In this document: positions 23,775-32,000 of the stretch, piece by piece
Position numbering within the stretch: the stretch's first letter is position 1
How the letters are laid out: each line of letters opens with the position of its first letter
NCBI RefSeq assembly: GCF_000734015.1
Contig: NZ_CP008796.1
Location: forward strand, 1-32,000
DNA length: 32,000 nucleotides
Direction: 5' to 3'
Source: Thermodesulfobacterium commune DSM 2178
GTDB lineage: Bacteria; Desulfobacterota; Thermodesulfobacteria; Thermodesulfobacteriales; Thermodesulfobacteriaceae
Made by a program: the position numbers and the translations under genes
The notes under the pieces: model-generated
Database searches by the model: none
What the model saw: the letters and a program-made list of their open reading frames with translations, nothing else
Told to the model about the DNA's origin: nothing

Positions 23775-25076
23775 ATGAAGGTAGCAAGATGGAAGGTTTT
23801 AGGTGTGGCAGGTGCTTTGGTTTTGGGCTATGCCGTTACCACTCAGGCTGCTCAGATCAAGGTGGATGAGGATACCTTTGCAGACTTTGGCTACAACATG
23901 AAGATCATGTATCAGAACTTTGATGAAAGAGGAAAGGGTGACCTTGACGATTGGAAAAAGAATGTTTTTGACATCAAGGATTCTCGTTTTTACATCTCCG
24001 GTCAGGTAAGCAAGATGGTTCAGTTCTATGGGGAGTGGAACGCATCAGGTGCTTATGGAAAAGAGACTTATGGATATGCTAAAGACAATAAGGTAGGTTT
24101 AGCAGAAGGTGGGGTTAACTTTGTGTTTATGCCTGAGCTTCAGGTAAGGGCTGGTAAGGTTAGGGTGCCTTTTACCAGGTATCAGATGACTTCATCCTAC
24201 AGCCTTATCATTCCTACCGACGCCTGGTATGATAAGGGTGGAGCAAATGCTACTGGAATCTTCAGTAAGGATACTGGTGTTGTTGGAGAAGGAAAATATA
24301 TCTCTACCAATCCTTTAGAGCTTATCGGCAGAGTCGATGGTGGTTTGATCGTGCATGGAGACATCGCAAACGGTATGTTTAGGTATAACGTGGGTGTGTT
24401 TAACGAGGATAAGAGAAAAGATGAGGCTTTTAAAGGGTTGCAGTGGGTTGCCAGGGTTGAGTTTACTCCGACTATGCTTGGGTTTGCCCCAGAGTCCACC
24501 ACCTCTCCTCACGGAAAGGTAAGCGACACCTACCTTGGTAAAAAAGACGTCCTTACCATAGGTTTGGGCTACTACAAAGAAAAATTGTATGATGAAGAAA
24601 ATACAACCTATAATGAAAGTTTAGAAGCTGATGGTTGGACCGCAGACCTTTTCTTTGAAAAGAAGTTTGGCTGTTGGGTGCCTAACCTTCAGCTTGGCTA
24701 CATCAAGTTAAACGATAGCCATTTTTATAACGAGACAAATGTATGGAAAAAAGGAGATACCAGTATCTGGTATGCTCAGGGACAGCTTCTCTATGATGCG
24801 GTGGTTGGTTTTGGAAAGCCAGCCCTTGCCATCAGGTATGAAAACGTAGAGGCAGATGGACAATATGACGCTGGAAATATCAAGAAAGACTTTGCCTTTG
24901 ACCGCTGGGGGGTTGCTTTCAACTACTATCTCAAAGGCCAGGCTGCAAGGGTGTCCCTTGGGTTTGACAAGGTAGAATACGACGACGCAGCTAAATTGTA
25001 TCTTGAGTCTCAAACCAAAACCAAAAAAGAAGACTCTATCACCGACTATTACCTCTACATCCAGACGATGTTCTAA
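23775..25076 (+). CDS. Outer-membrane beta-barrel porin, possibly phosphate-selective porin O/P-like
   Basis: RBS AAAGGAGG. Signal peptide MKVARWKVLGVAGALVLGYAVTTQA-AQ, an alternating aromatic/Gly-rich strand pattern, and a C-terminal ...YLYIQTMF ending in Phe. Confidence 0.7.
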   Translation: MKVARWKVLGVAGALVLGYAVTTQAAQIKVDEDTFADFGYNMKIMYQNFDERGKGDLDDWKKNVFDIKDSRFYISGQVSKMVQFYGEWNASGAYGKETYGYAKDNKVGLAEGGVNFVFMPELQVRAGKVRVPFTRYQMTSSYSLIIPTDAWYDKGGANATGIFSKDTGVVGEGKYISTNPLELIGRVDGGLIVHGDIANGMFRYNVGVFNEDKRKDEAFKGLQWVARVEFTPTMLGFAPESTTSPHGKVSDTYLGKKDVLTIGLGYYKEKLYDEENTTYNESLEADGWTADLFFEKKFGCWVPNLQLGYIKLNDSHFYNETNVWKKGDTSIWYAQGQLLYDAVVGFGKPALAIRYENVEADGQYDAGNIKKDFAFDRWGVAFNYYLKGQAARVSLGFDKVEYDDAAKLYLESQTKTKKEDSITDYYLYIQTMF

Positions 25077-25125
25077 AGAGGAAGTTTAACAGGGCAGGCA
25101 AAGGCCTGCCTTACTCTTAAGATTT

Positions 25126-25162
25126 TAAAAAGGGGCAACTTTGGTTGCCCCTTTTTTGTTTT
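25126..25162. terminator. Bidirectional rho-independent terminator between the porin and methyltransferase genes
   Basis: AAAAA-GGGGCAAC-TTTG-GTTGCCCC-TTTTTTGTTTTT. A second smaller hairpin GGCAGGC-AAAG-GCCTGCC lies at 25092-25109. Confidence 0.75.
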
Positions 25163-25195
25163 TAATCCTTTTTTACCTTTTTCTTGATCCCTCTT

Positions 25196-25930
25196 TTAAA
25201 CCCCTTTCAACATCTCCCTTACCTCGGTGGTGTAAGGGCCTCCTTTTTCCTGGTAGATAAAAAGAGGAGGTAAGACCAGGGTTTCTTCTCCTGCCTGTTT
25301 TACCGCCTCAACCAGGATAAATCTTGCCTGATCCCCTGGATAGGAATGGACAAACCTTAACACCTTGGGCTCAAGCCTTACCTCTTTAAGACTTGCCATA
25401 AGCTCAGCTGTCCTTAAGGCGGTAAAGATTAAATACAACCTACCCCGGTTTTTTAAAACCCCTGCCACAGCCTTTAAAAACTCCTTTAGCCCTGCCCTGG
25501 TCTCCCTTTTGGCAAGGTTTTTAAGTTCATCTGGGCTTTGTCTTCCACATCCAGGTTTGAAATAAGGTGGGTTTGAAAAAACCACGTCAAAAACCTCTTT
25601 TCTGAAGGGATTTCTGGCGATGTTTCCCTTTAACGAAAAAAGCGAGTTTTCTAAAAGATTTAGCTGTGAGTTTAGTTTTAAGCACTGCAAAAATAGGGGG
25701 TCAAGCTCAAGGGCAAAGATTTTGGCTTTAGGTTGTTTCAGAGCTGCTATCAGGGAGACGATGCCAGAGCCTGCTCCAACCTCAAGGGCTTTTTCACCAG
25801 GTTTTAGCTTAAGGAAATGTGCTAAAAGCAGGGCATCTATCCCAAACCTGTAGCCCTTTTCTGGCTGATATAGCTTGAGTTTACCCTGGAAAAATGGAGT
25901 AAGGGTTAGTCTTTGCCCAAGGTTTCCCAT
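25196..25930 (-). CDS. SAM-dependent N6-adenine-type methyltransferase, tRNA1(Val) m6A37 (YfiC/TrmN6)-like
   Basis: GYRFGIDALLLA, SAM motif ALEVGAGSGIVSL, and catalytic VFSNPPYF. Confidence 0.7.
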   Translation of the reverse strand: MGNLGQRLTLTPFFQGKLKLYQPEKGYRFGIDALLLAHFLKLKPGEKALEVGAGSGIVSLIAALKQPKAKIFALELDPLFLQCLKLNSQLNLLENSLFSLKGNIARNPFRKEVFDVVFSNPPYFKPGCGRQSPDELKNLAKRETRAGLKEFLKAVAGVLKNRGRLYLIFTALRTAELMASLKEVRLEPKVLRFVHSYPGDQARFILVEAVKQAGEETLVLPPLFIYQEKGGPYTTEVREMLKGV

Positions 25931-27048
25931 AGGAGTTTTACCACCTGATTGTGAAAGAGTGTTCCATGAGAGGTCAGGCTAACCCTGTTTCCCTTTCTTT
26001 CTATCAACCCTTTTTCGATAAGATTTTTTAGAAGCCATGGGTCCAGGTAGTAGCCAAACTTTGCGGTCAGGTTCCTGAGATTAATTCCTTTTTTCAGTCT
26101 CAGTCCCATGAAAACATACTCTTTGGCAAAATCAAGGGGTTTCAGGAGTTCTAAAGGGGTCAAGGGGAGTTTTTTTTCTGTAAGTAGGGTTTCTATATAA
26201 ATTTTAAGGTCCTTAGGGTTTTGCCATCTTAAGTTTGCCATTCGGGAAACAGCAGAGGGTCCGAGACCAACATAGGGCTTTACCTCCCAGTAAAAGAGGT
26301 TGTGTTTGCACTCAAAACCTGGTCTTGCATAGTTTGAGATTTCGTATCTTAAATATCCCTGAGATTCCAGGGTGTGTTCTATAAACTGATAAAAAAGCTC
26401 TACTGGCTTGTTAGGGGAGAAAGCAGAAAAAGGGGTCTCGTGCTCAAGGGTGAGTTCGTAAAAGGAAAGATGGGTGGGAGAAAAGCTCAGGGCCTTTTTT
26501 ATCTCCTCCTCTAAGGTTTTTAGTCCCTGGCCTTTCCATCCGAAGATAAAGTCTATGGAGAGGTTTGGGAAAAGGGAGGCAGCGGTTTCAAGGGCTTTTA
26601 AGGCGGTTTTTAGGTTGTAGGTCCTTTGCAAGGTTTTTAACCCCTTTTTTGAAAGGCTTTGCACTCCCAAACTCAGTCGGTTAAATCCAGTTTTAAGAAA
26701 TCCCTTTATTTTCTCAGGGGTTAGGGTGTCTGGGTTTGCCTCTAAGGTGAGTTCAACCGGGGTAAATTTAAATTGAGAGGAGAGAAACTCAAAGAGTTCC
26801 TGATAAAAACCATGCGAAAGAAGAGAAGGCGTGCCTCCTCCTGCATAAAAAGTGGTAATTTTAATCTCAGTTCCAGAAAGTTTTTCAACAAAGTCTTTAA
26901 GATATAGAACCTCGGTTTTTAAGGCGTGAAGATAGGTTTTTTCCTCTTCCTCTGAGGGAACATGTGGCAGAGAATAAAAGTCGCAATAAGGACACTTTTT
27001 TACACAAAAGGGAACGTGCAGATAAAGGGCAACCCTGATAAAAGCCAT
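25906..27048 (-). CDS. hemW: Radical SAM heme chaperone HemW (HemN-like, oxygen-independent coproporphyrinogen oxidase family)
   Basis: LYLHVPFCVKKCPYCDF radical SAM motif, YAGGGTPS, 380 aa. Confidence 0.85.
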   Translation of the reverse strand: MAFIRVALYLHVPFCVKKCPYCDFYSLPHVPSEEEEKTYLHALKTEVLYLKDFVEKLSGTEIKITTFYAGGGTPSLLSHGFYQELFEFLSSQFKFTPVELTLEANPDTLTPEKIKGFLKTGFNRLSLGVQSLSKKGLKTLQRTYNLKTALKALETAASLFPNLSIDFIFGWKGQGLKTLEEEIKKALSFSPTHLSFYELTLEHETPFSAFSPNKPVELFYQFIEHTLESQGYLRYEISNYARPGFECKHNLFYWEVKPYVGLGPSAVSRMANLRWQNPKDLKIYIETLLTEKKLPLTPLELLKPLDFAKEYVFMGLRLKKGINLRNLTAKFGYYLDPWLLKNLIEKGLIERKGNRVSLTSHGTLFHNQVVKLLWETLGKD

Positions 27049-27168
27049 CAGGTTTTTCCTTTTTATTATAGGCTACCCTTTTAGTTTAGCAAGGCTTTGG
27101 GAGAGAGGCTTTTTAGATTTTTAGCCTTGCTATTTTAAAATCGGCAAAAAGGTTATAAAATAGAAAGG

Positions 27169-28269
27169 ATGAAGACCTTTTTTCGGTATCACCTTAGAGA
27201 ATATCTGTTTTATACTTCTGTTTTTTTCTTTCTTTTTAGTGTTATCATCACCCTGGTAAAGGGCATCTTTGGGCTTCAGAAGTTTTTTGAGCTAAACCCC
27301 AGTTTAAAAGAGGTGTTTTTAAACTTTGGGCTCCTTTTTCTTCAGCTTACCTCTTTTATCTTGCCTCTTTCTGTTTTTTTAGGGGTGATGTTTGGGGTCC
27401 ACAGGTTTAAAGAGGACCGGGAGCTTTTGGGATTTTTTAGTCTGGGGTTCAGGTTTAGCGATTTTCTGAAACCTTTGTGTGTGTTTATGCTTTTAGGTTT
27501 TGTGCTGCTTTTTTTGGCCCATTTCTGGCTGGTACCTTATGCCAAAAAGCTACAGAAAACGATGAGGTTTGAACTTACCAAAAGGCAGTTTGAAGAGCCT
27601 TTGCCAGAAAAACGGGCTATCCCTCTGGGAGAAAACCATGTAATCTATGTGGAAAAGGCAAAAAAGCAGGATAAAGCACACGAGTTTGAGAGGGTGTTTC
27701 TTGTGGAAAAGGGGGCTGAAAAAAAGCAGGTTTTTTTGGCAGAAAAAGGAAGGTTAGAGCCTAAGGAAGGGGTTTTTACCCTTTATCAGGGGGAGGGCTT
27801 TTCTCTGGGTAAGGACAAAACGGTTGAGGTTTTCAGGTTTGGGGAGTATCAGTTTTTTTTGGTGGTAAAAGAAGGTGAGCAAATGGTTGAGTTTGGAAGG
27901 GGGGAGCTTAGTTTTCCAGAGCTTAAGGCAAGGTTAAAGGAGGTTGAGAAAAACAGGGGTCAGTGGTTTAGATATCTTACCGAATACTGGGACAGGTTTT
28001 TCTATCCGTTAAGTTTGTTTCTGGTGGTTTTTCAGGGGTTTTTGGCGGCCTTTTTTATGAAAACCCACAACCGGTTTCTGGTGTTTTTCACCGCGGTAGC
28101 CCTTTATGTGGTGTTTTATGTGGGGTATCAGCTGTGCCATTCTCTGGCAGAAAACGGAAGGGTCTATCCGGTGGTAAGTTTTCTGGTGTTTTATCTGGTG
28201 TTTGGGGTTCTGGTGGGGTTGGAGGCCTGGTTTTTGTTTAAAAAGAAACGTCATCAGGTTTACCTATGA
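27169..28269 (+). CDS. lptF: LptF/LptG family LPS export permease
   Basis: YjgP/YjgQ-like topology: three N-terminal TM segments, a central soluble beta-jellyroll-sized region, and three C-terminal TM segments. It is translationally coupled to a paralogous downstream gene. Confidence 0.7.
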   Translation: MKTFFRYHLREYLFYTSVFFFLFSVIITLVKGIFGLQKFFELNPSLKEVFLNFGLLFLQLTSFILPLSVFLGVMFGVHRFKEDRELLGFFSLGFRFSDFLKPLCVFMLLGFVLLFLAHFWLVPYAKKLQKTMRFELTKRQFEEPLPEKRAIPLGENHVIYVEKAKKQDKAHEFERVFLVEKGAEKKQVFLAEKGRLEPKEGVFTLYQGEGFSLGKDKTVEVFRFGEYQFFLVVKEGEQMVEFGRGELSFPELKARLKEVEKNRGQWFRYLTEYWDRFFYPLSLFLVVFQGFLAAFFMKTHNRFLVFFTAVALYVVFYVGYQLCHSLAENGRVYPVVSFLVFYLVFGVLVGLEAWFLFKKKRHQVYL

Positions 28270-29369
28270 GGCTTAAGCCAAGGACTTATCAACTTTATGT
28301 ATGGCAAGAGGTTTTCAGGGTTTCTCTGGTGTCACTCTTTATCTTTCTTGGTTTTTATCTGGTGATAGATTTTTTTGAGAGGTTAGGGGATTTTCTTAAG
28401 TTTGGCAAACCCTTTTATTTGTTTGGAAGGTATGTCTTCTGGAAGAACCTGGTTAACCTTTATGAGGTTTTTCCGTTTGTGGTAGGGCTTTCTGGGGTGT
28501 TAACCCTTTTTATCTGGGCTAAGACCAACGAGCTTATGGGGTTTCTTTCCTTAGGTGTGGCTAAGGGGGTGTTGCTAAGAGAGACAGGAAAGGCCCTTTT
28601 AGGCATAGGAATTTTGGGAGGGGTGTTTCTTAACCTTGTTTTGCCTTATGCCACGTTTAATGCCCTTTATACCTGGGAGTATAAGATTGCTGGCAAAAAG
28701 AAACAGCAGGTGGTTTTTGGAGACCAGATTTTTTTTACAGGGGATGACTGCTATCTGATAGCCAAACCTCTTGAGCCCAAAGGGGAATACCTGGGGGAGA
28801 TTACGGTTGTGGTTTATGATAAGGATAAAAGGGTTTTAAGTCTGCTCTGGGCAGCAAGCGGATATTATAGTCAGGGAAGGTGGGTGTTGAAAGAGGTGGT
28901 GCAACAGAGGAGGGAAAAGGGGTTTTCTCCTGAGTTTTTGCCTCAGGCTTCTTACCGGTTTTCCTTTGAGCCTGACACCTTAACCACGGTAAAAAAGCCT
29001 GTCTATTTTCTTTCTATCCCAGAGCTTATAGAAAGGGCAAGGTTTTTAGCCAAGATAAACAGCCCTTATCAGGAGGTGGTGGCTGAGCTATTTCTTAAAG
29101 GGTTCTATTTGTTTGTGCCTTTTTTACTTGCGGTGTTTTCTGTTTTTGCCTTTTTAAAGTTTTTTGTGCCAAACGACTGGAAAAAGGGGGCCTTTTTAGG
29201 CATAGGGCTTTTCTTTTTGAATTTGGTGTATTTTCTGTTTTTTCAGACCTTGCTTAGAAAGGGGTTTATGTTAGGGATTCCGGCGCTTGTTGTCTGGGGT
29301 TTAGCTGGTCTTTTTTGGTATTTTTGGCAGGCTTATCTTGTTTTTTTGAAAAAATCTGGTAAAAATTAG
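28266..29369 (+). CDS. lptG: LptF/LptG family LPS export permease
   Basis: Same architecture as the preceding gene, with a 4 nt ATGA start/stop overlap. Confidence 0.7.
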   Translation: MRLKPRTYQLYVWQEVFRVSLVSLFIFLGFYLVIDFFERLGDFLKFGKPFYLFGRYVFWKNLVNLYEVFPFVVGLSGVLTLFIWAKTNELMGFLSLGVAKGVLLRETGKALLGIGILGGVFLNLVLPYATFNALYTWEYKIAGKKKQQVVFGDQIFFTGDDCYLIAKPLEPKGEYLGEITVVVYDKDKRVLSLLWAASGYYSQGRWVLKEVVQQRREKGFSPEFLPQASYRFSFEPDTLTTVKKPVYFLSIPELIERARFLAKINSPYQEVVAELFLKGFYLFVPFLLAVFSVFAFLKFFVPNDWKKGAFLGIGLFFLNLVYFLFFQTLLRKGFMLGIPALVVWGLAGLFWYFWQAYLVFLKKSGKN

Positions 29370-29397
29370 AGAAAATCTTGCAACAGGAGGGCTTTTT

Positions 29398-29634
29398 ATG
29401 TCTATAGAAGAAAAGGTGATTGACATCATCGCTCAAAAACTTAATCTTTCTAAAGATCAGGTCAAACCAGAGGCTTCTTTTATCGAGGACTTAGGGGCTG
29501 ATTCCCTTGATTTGGTAGAGCTTGTTATGGCTATGGAAGAGGCCTTTGGTATGGAAGTGCCTGACGAGGATGCCGAAAAGTTAAGAACCGTGCAGGATGT
29601 TATAGACTATGTAAAGGCCAAGGTAGGAAACTAA
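29398..29634 (+). CDS. acpP: Acyl carrier protein
   Basis: The [18 protein letters not shown] motif contains the phosphopantetheine-attachment Ser. 78 aa. Confidence 0.95.
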   Translation: MSIEEKVIDIIAQKLNLSKDQVKPEASFIEDLGADSLDLVELVMAMEEAFGMEVPDEDAEKLRTVQDVIDYVKAKVGN

Positions 29635-29653
29635 AAATTTTAGGGGATTAATC

Positions 29654-30895
29654 GTGAGAAAAAGGGTAGTAGTCACCGGTCTTGGGACGGTTAACCCTCT
29701 TGGGATAGGGGTTGAAGAGACCTGGAAAAACATCAAGGCAGGTAAATCTGGTATCGGCAGGATTACCAAGTTTGATCCGTCTTCTCTTCCCAGCCAGATT
29801 GCTGGTGAGGTAAAGGGATTTAAACCAGAAGAGTTTATGTCTTCCAAGCTGGTATCTCGTATAGATACCTTTATTCAATATGCTTTGGCCTCAGCCAAGA
29901 TGGCTTTAGAGGATGCAGGTCTTCCTTTAGAGGACCTTGGGCCTGAGGTGGGTTCAGTTATCGGGGTAGGGATGGGTGGAGTAGGTCAGGTAGAATATTA
30001 CACCCGTATTTTTGACGAAAAGGGATATAAAAGGGTGAGTCCTTTTTTTATCCCGATGATCATACCTAACATGGCAGCAGGTCAGGTGGCCATCAACTTT
30101 GGGGCCAAAGGGCCTAACCTTGCGGTGTGTACCGCCTGTGCAGCAGGCAACCATGCGATAGGAGAGGCCTATCGTTTGATAAGAGAAGGGCAGGCAACCA
30201 TCATGATCTGTGGGGGGACAGAGAGCATGATCACCCCCTTGACCATAGCAGGTTTTTCGGTGATGAAGGCCCTTTCTACCAGAAATGATGAGCCTGAAAG
30301 GGCTTCCCGGCCTTTTGATGCTAGTAGAGATGGGTTTGTAATTGCAGAAGGATGTGGGATTTTAGTCCTTGAGGAGCTTGAGCATGCCTTAAAAAGAGGG
30401 GCCAAGATATATGCAGAGCTGATAGGCTATGGGTTAAACGCAGATGCCTATCATATGACCGCACCTTCTCCTGACGGCGAAGGGGCGGCAAGGTGTATGG
30501 AGCTTGCGTTAAAGGACGCAGGGATTTTGCCTCAACAGGTAGACTACATAAACGCCCATGGCACAAGCACACCCCTTAACGATGTGGCAGAGACCAAGGC
30601 CATCAAAAAGGTTTTTGGTGAGCATGCCTATAAACTTATGGTTTCTTCCACCAAGTCTATGACAGGACATCTTCTTGGGGGTGCTGGAGGGCTTGAGGCG
30701 GTTTTAACGGTTATGGCTGTTTATGAGGGGGTGGTACCTCCTACGATCAACCTTGAAAACCCAGACCCTGAGTGTGACCTCGACTATGTGCCTAACCAGG
30801 CAAGAAAGGCAGACATCAGGATAGCCATGTCAAATGCCTTTGGTTTTGGAGGCACCAACGCCACGCTGGTTTTTAAAAAATGGGAGGGAAAATAA
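29654..30895 (+). CDS. fabF: 3-oxoacyl-ACP synthase II
   Basis: GTG start. RVVVTGLG, active-site ACAAGNHAIG, HGTSTPLND, GHLLGGAG and FGFGGTNA motifs. Confidence 0.95.
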   Translation: MRKRVVVTGLGTVNPLGIGVEETWKNIKAGKSGIGRITKFDPSSLPSQIAGEVKGFKPEEFMSSKLVSRIDTFIQYALASAKMALEDAGLPLEDLGPEVGSVIGVGMGGVGQVEYYTRIFDEKGYKRVSPFFIPMIIPNMAAGQVAINFGAKGPNLAVCTACAAGNHAIGEAYRLIREGQATIMICGGTESMITPLTIAGFSVMKALSTRNDEPERASRPFDASRDGFVIAEGCGILVLEELEHALKRGAKIYAELIGYGLNADAYHMTAPSPDGEGAARCMELALKDAGILPQQVDYINAHGTSTPLNDVAETKAIKKVFGEHAYKLMVSSTKSMTGHLLGGAGGLEAVLTVMAVYEGVVPPTINLENPDPECDLDYVPNQARKADIRIAMSNAFGFGGTNATLVFKKWEGK

Positions 30896-30899
30896 ACCG

Positions 30900-31343
30900 A
30901 TGAAGATTGCCATTGCCTCAGACCATGCAGGGTATTTTTTAAAAGAAAAGATAAAAGATTTTTTAGCCAAAGAAGGGCATGAGGTGGTAGATGTAGGGTG
31001 TTATTCTCATGTGGCGGTGGATTATCCTGAGTATGGGGTCAAGGGAGTAGAAAAGGTGCTACAGGGTGAGGTGGAAAGGGCTATCCTTATCTGTGGGACA
31101 GGGATAGGGATGAGTATTGTGGCCAATCGGTTTTTTGGGATAAGGGCTGCCCTTTGTCATGAGCCCTTTTCTGCCAAGATGGCAAGGCTTCACAACGATG
31201 CCAACGTGCTTGTCCTTGGCGGAAGGATGATTGGGGACGGGATGGCGGTGGAGATCGTTAAAACCTTTTTAGAAACACCCTTTGAAGGAGGAAGACACGA
31301 GCGCAGGCTCGAACTTATAGAAAAACTTAAGAATCTTAGATGA
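30900..31343 (+). CDS. rpiB: Ribose-5-phosphate isomerase B
   Basis: MKIAIASDHAGYFLKE, ILICGTGIGMSIVANR. The start is placed at the internal ATG at 30900, just after the fabF stop. Confidence 0.9.
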   Translation: MKIAIASDHAGYFLKEKIKDFLAKEGHEVVDVGCYSHVAVDYPEYGVKGVEKVLQGEVERAILICGTGIGMSIVANRFFGIRAALCHEPFSAKMARLHNDANVLVLGGRMIGDGMAVEIVKTFLETPFEGGRHERRLELIEKLKNLR

Positions 31344-31717
31344 ACCTACTTGGTATAGGGGTAGACTTAGTATACTTACCAAGGATAGAGAAAATTTATT
31401 CTGCCTATCCAAAACGTTTTTTAGAAAAGGTTTTTCATCCTAAGGAGGTATCTTTAGCGTTAAAACGCAAAGATACCCCTGTCTATTTAGCTTCATGCTT
31501 TGCGGCTAAGGAGGCCTTTTACAAGGCCTTAGGTGGGTATCAACCCTTTGTCTGGCAAGAGATAAGCCTTCTTAGAGACCCTCAAACAAAAAAGCCGTTC
31601 ATAGAGATAGAAGGCAGGGCTTTAGAGGTTTTTAGAGAAAGAGGTGGAAGGGATTGTCTGGTTAGCCTTTCTCATGAAAAGGATTATGTGGTATGTATGG
31701 TAGTAATAACTGGATAG
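31340..31717 (+). CDS. acpS: Holo-ACP synthase (4'-phosphopantetheinyl transferase)
   Basis: GIGVDLV, FAAKEAFYKALG, SLSHEKDYVVCMVV. 125 aa. Confidence 0.9.
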   Translation: MNLLGIGVDLVYLPRIEKIYSAYPKRFLEKVFHPKEVSLALKRKDTPVYLASCFAAKEAFYKALGGYQPFVWQEISLLRDPQTKKPFIEIEGRALEVFRERGGRDCLVSLSHEKDYVVCMVVITG

Positions 31718-31732
31718 GAGAGGGGTAGGGTT

Positions 31733-32000
31733 ATGCAGGTGGTAAAGGCCTCTGAGATGAAGGCTCTCGACGAATGGTTTATAAAAGAGGTAGGGGTTCC
31801 GGCTGAGGTGTTGATGGAAAGGGCGGGGCTTTCTGTGGCTGAGGCTATTTTTGAGGCCTATCCGGTAGAAACCTACGGCAGTGTGCTTGTGGTGTGCGGG
31901 CCAGGAAATAACGGTGGAGACGGGATGGTATGTGCCAGGCACCTGGTAAACCTTGGCTATGAGGTCGAGGTGGTACTTCTTGCAGAAAAAGAAACCTATC
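31733..32000 (+). CDS. nnr: NAD(P)H-hydrate epimerase/dehydratase, N-terminal (YjeF_N) part; runs off the window
   Basis: ATG at 31733. LMERAGLSVAEAI and VVCGPGNNGGDGMVCARHL motifs. The frame is open to the window end, so it is absent from the ORF track. Confidence 0.8.
   Translation, partial: MQVVKASEMKALDEWFIKEVGVPAEVLMERAGLSVAEAIFEAYPVETYGSVLVVCGPGNNGGDGMVCARHLVNLGYEVEVVLLAEKETY

Noticed and set aside
30834-30899. The 5' extension of the rpiB ORF
   Set aside because: It overlaps the fabF 3' end, and the canonical RpiB N-terminus MKIAIASDHAG starts at 30900.

Overview
Bacterial chromosomal window with coding strands rich in G and poor in C. Gene content suggests an anaerobic, H2- and sulfur-metabolising, possibly thermophilic organism, but the organism cannot be identified from sequence alone.

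The left 6.5 kb is a heterodisulfide-reductase / Mvh-type (group 3c) [NiFe]-hydrogenase locus: an hdrA fragment, an hdrB-like gene, mvhD, mvhG, mvhA and a maturation protease. It is preceded by the 3' end of a second mvhA copy that is 98% identical.

The main result is four in-frame TGA codons that the ORF track reports as gene breaks: hdrA 1821, mvhD 3262, mvhA 4662 and a periplasmic triple-rhodanese protein at 10183 on the minus strand. Each sits at a conserved Cys position or beside the active-site Cys. Each is followed 12-16 nt downstream by a GC-rich hairpin, and three of the four loops start with GGUC. I read all four as selenocysteine codons.
- Sec in hdrA and mvhD belongs to known selenoprotein families.
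- Sec in the N-terminal RxCGxCxxxH nickel motif of mvhA is atypical.
- The C-x-G-P-x-U rhodanese is a candidate new selenoprotein.

hdrA stops about halfway along a normal HdrA, exactly where codon usage switches to an extreme G-ending, C-avoiding style. That style runs through hdrB-like to mvhA and through the upstream mvhA copy, which suggests a mosaic, recombined or acquired cassette.

The rest of the window is ordinary housekeeping: PiT/DUF47/CBS, tRNA-Val, comM/yifB, atpZ-I-B-E, a 1400 aa BcrAD-type activase fusion, rlmD, trmJ, tRNA-Phe, an Rrf2 regulator, a fumarase-beta-like gene, UPF0280, a porin, a methyltransferase, hemW, lptFG and acpP-fabF-rpiB-acpS-nnr. I found no CRISPR array, IS element, integrase or recognisable defence system.
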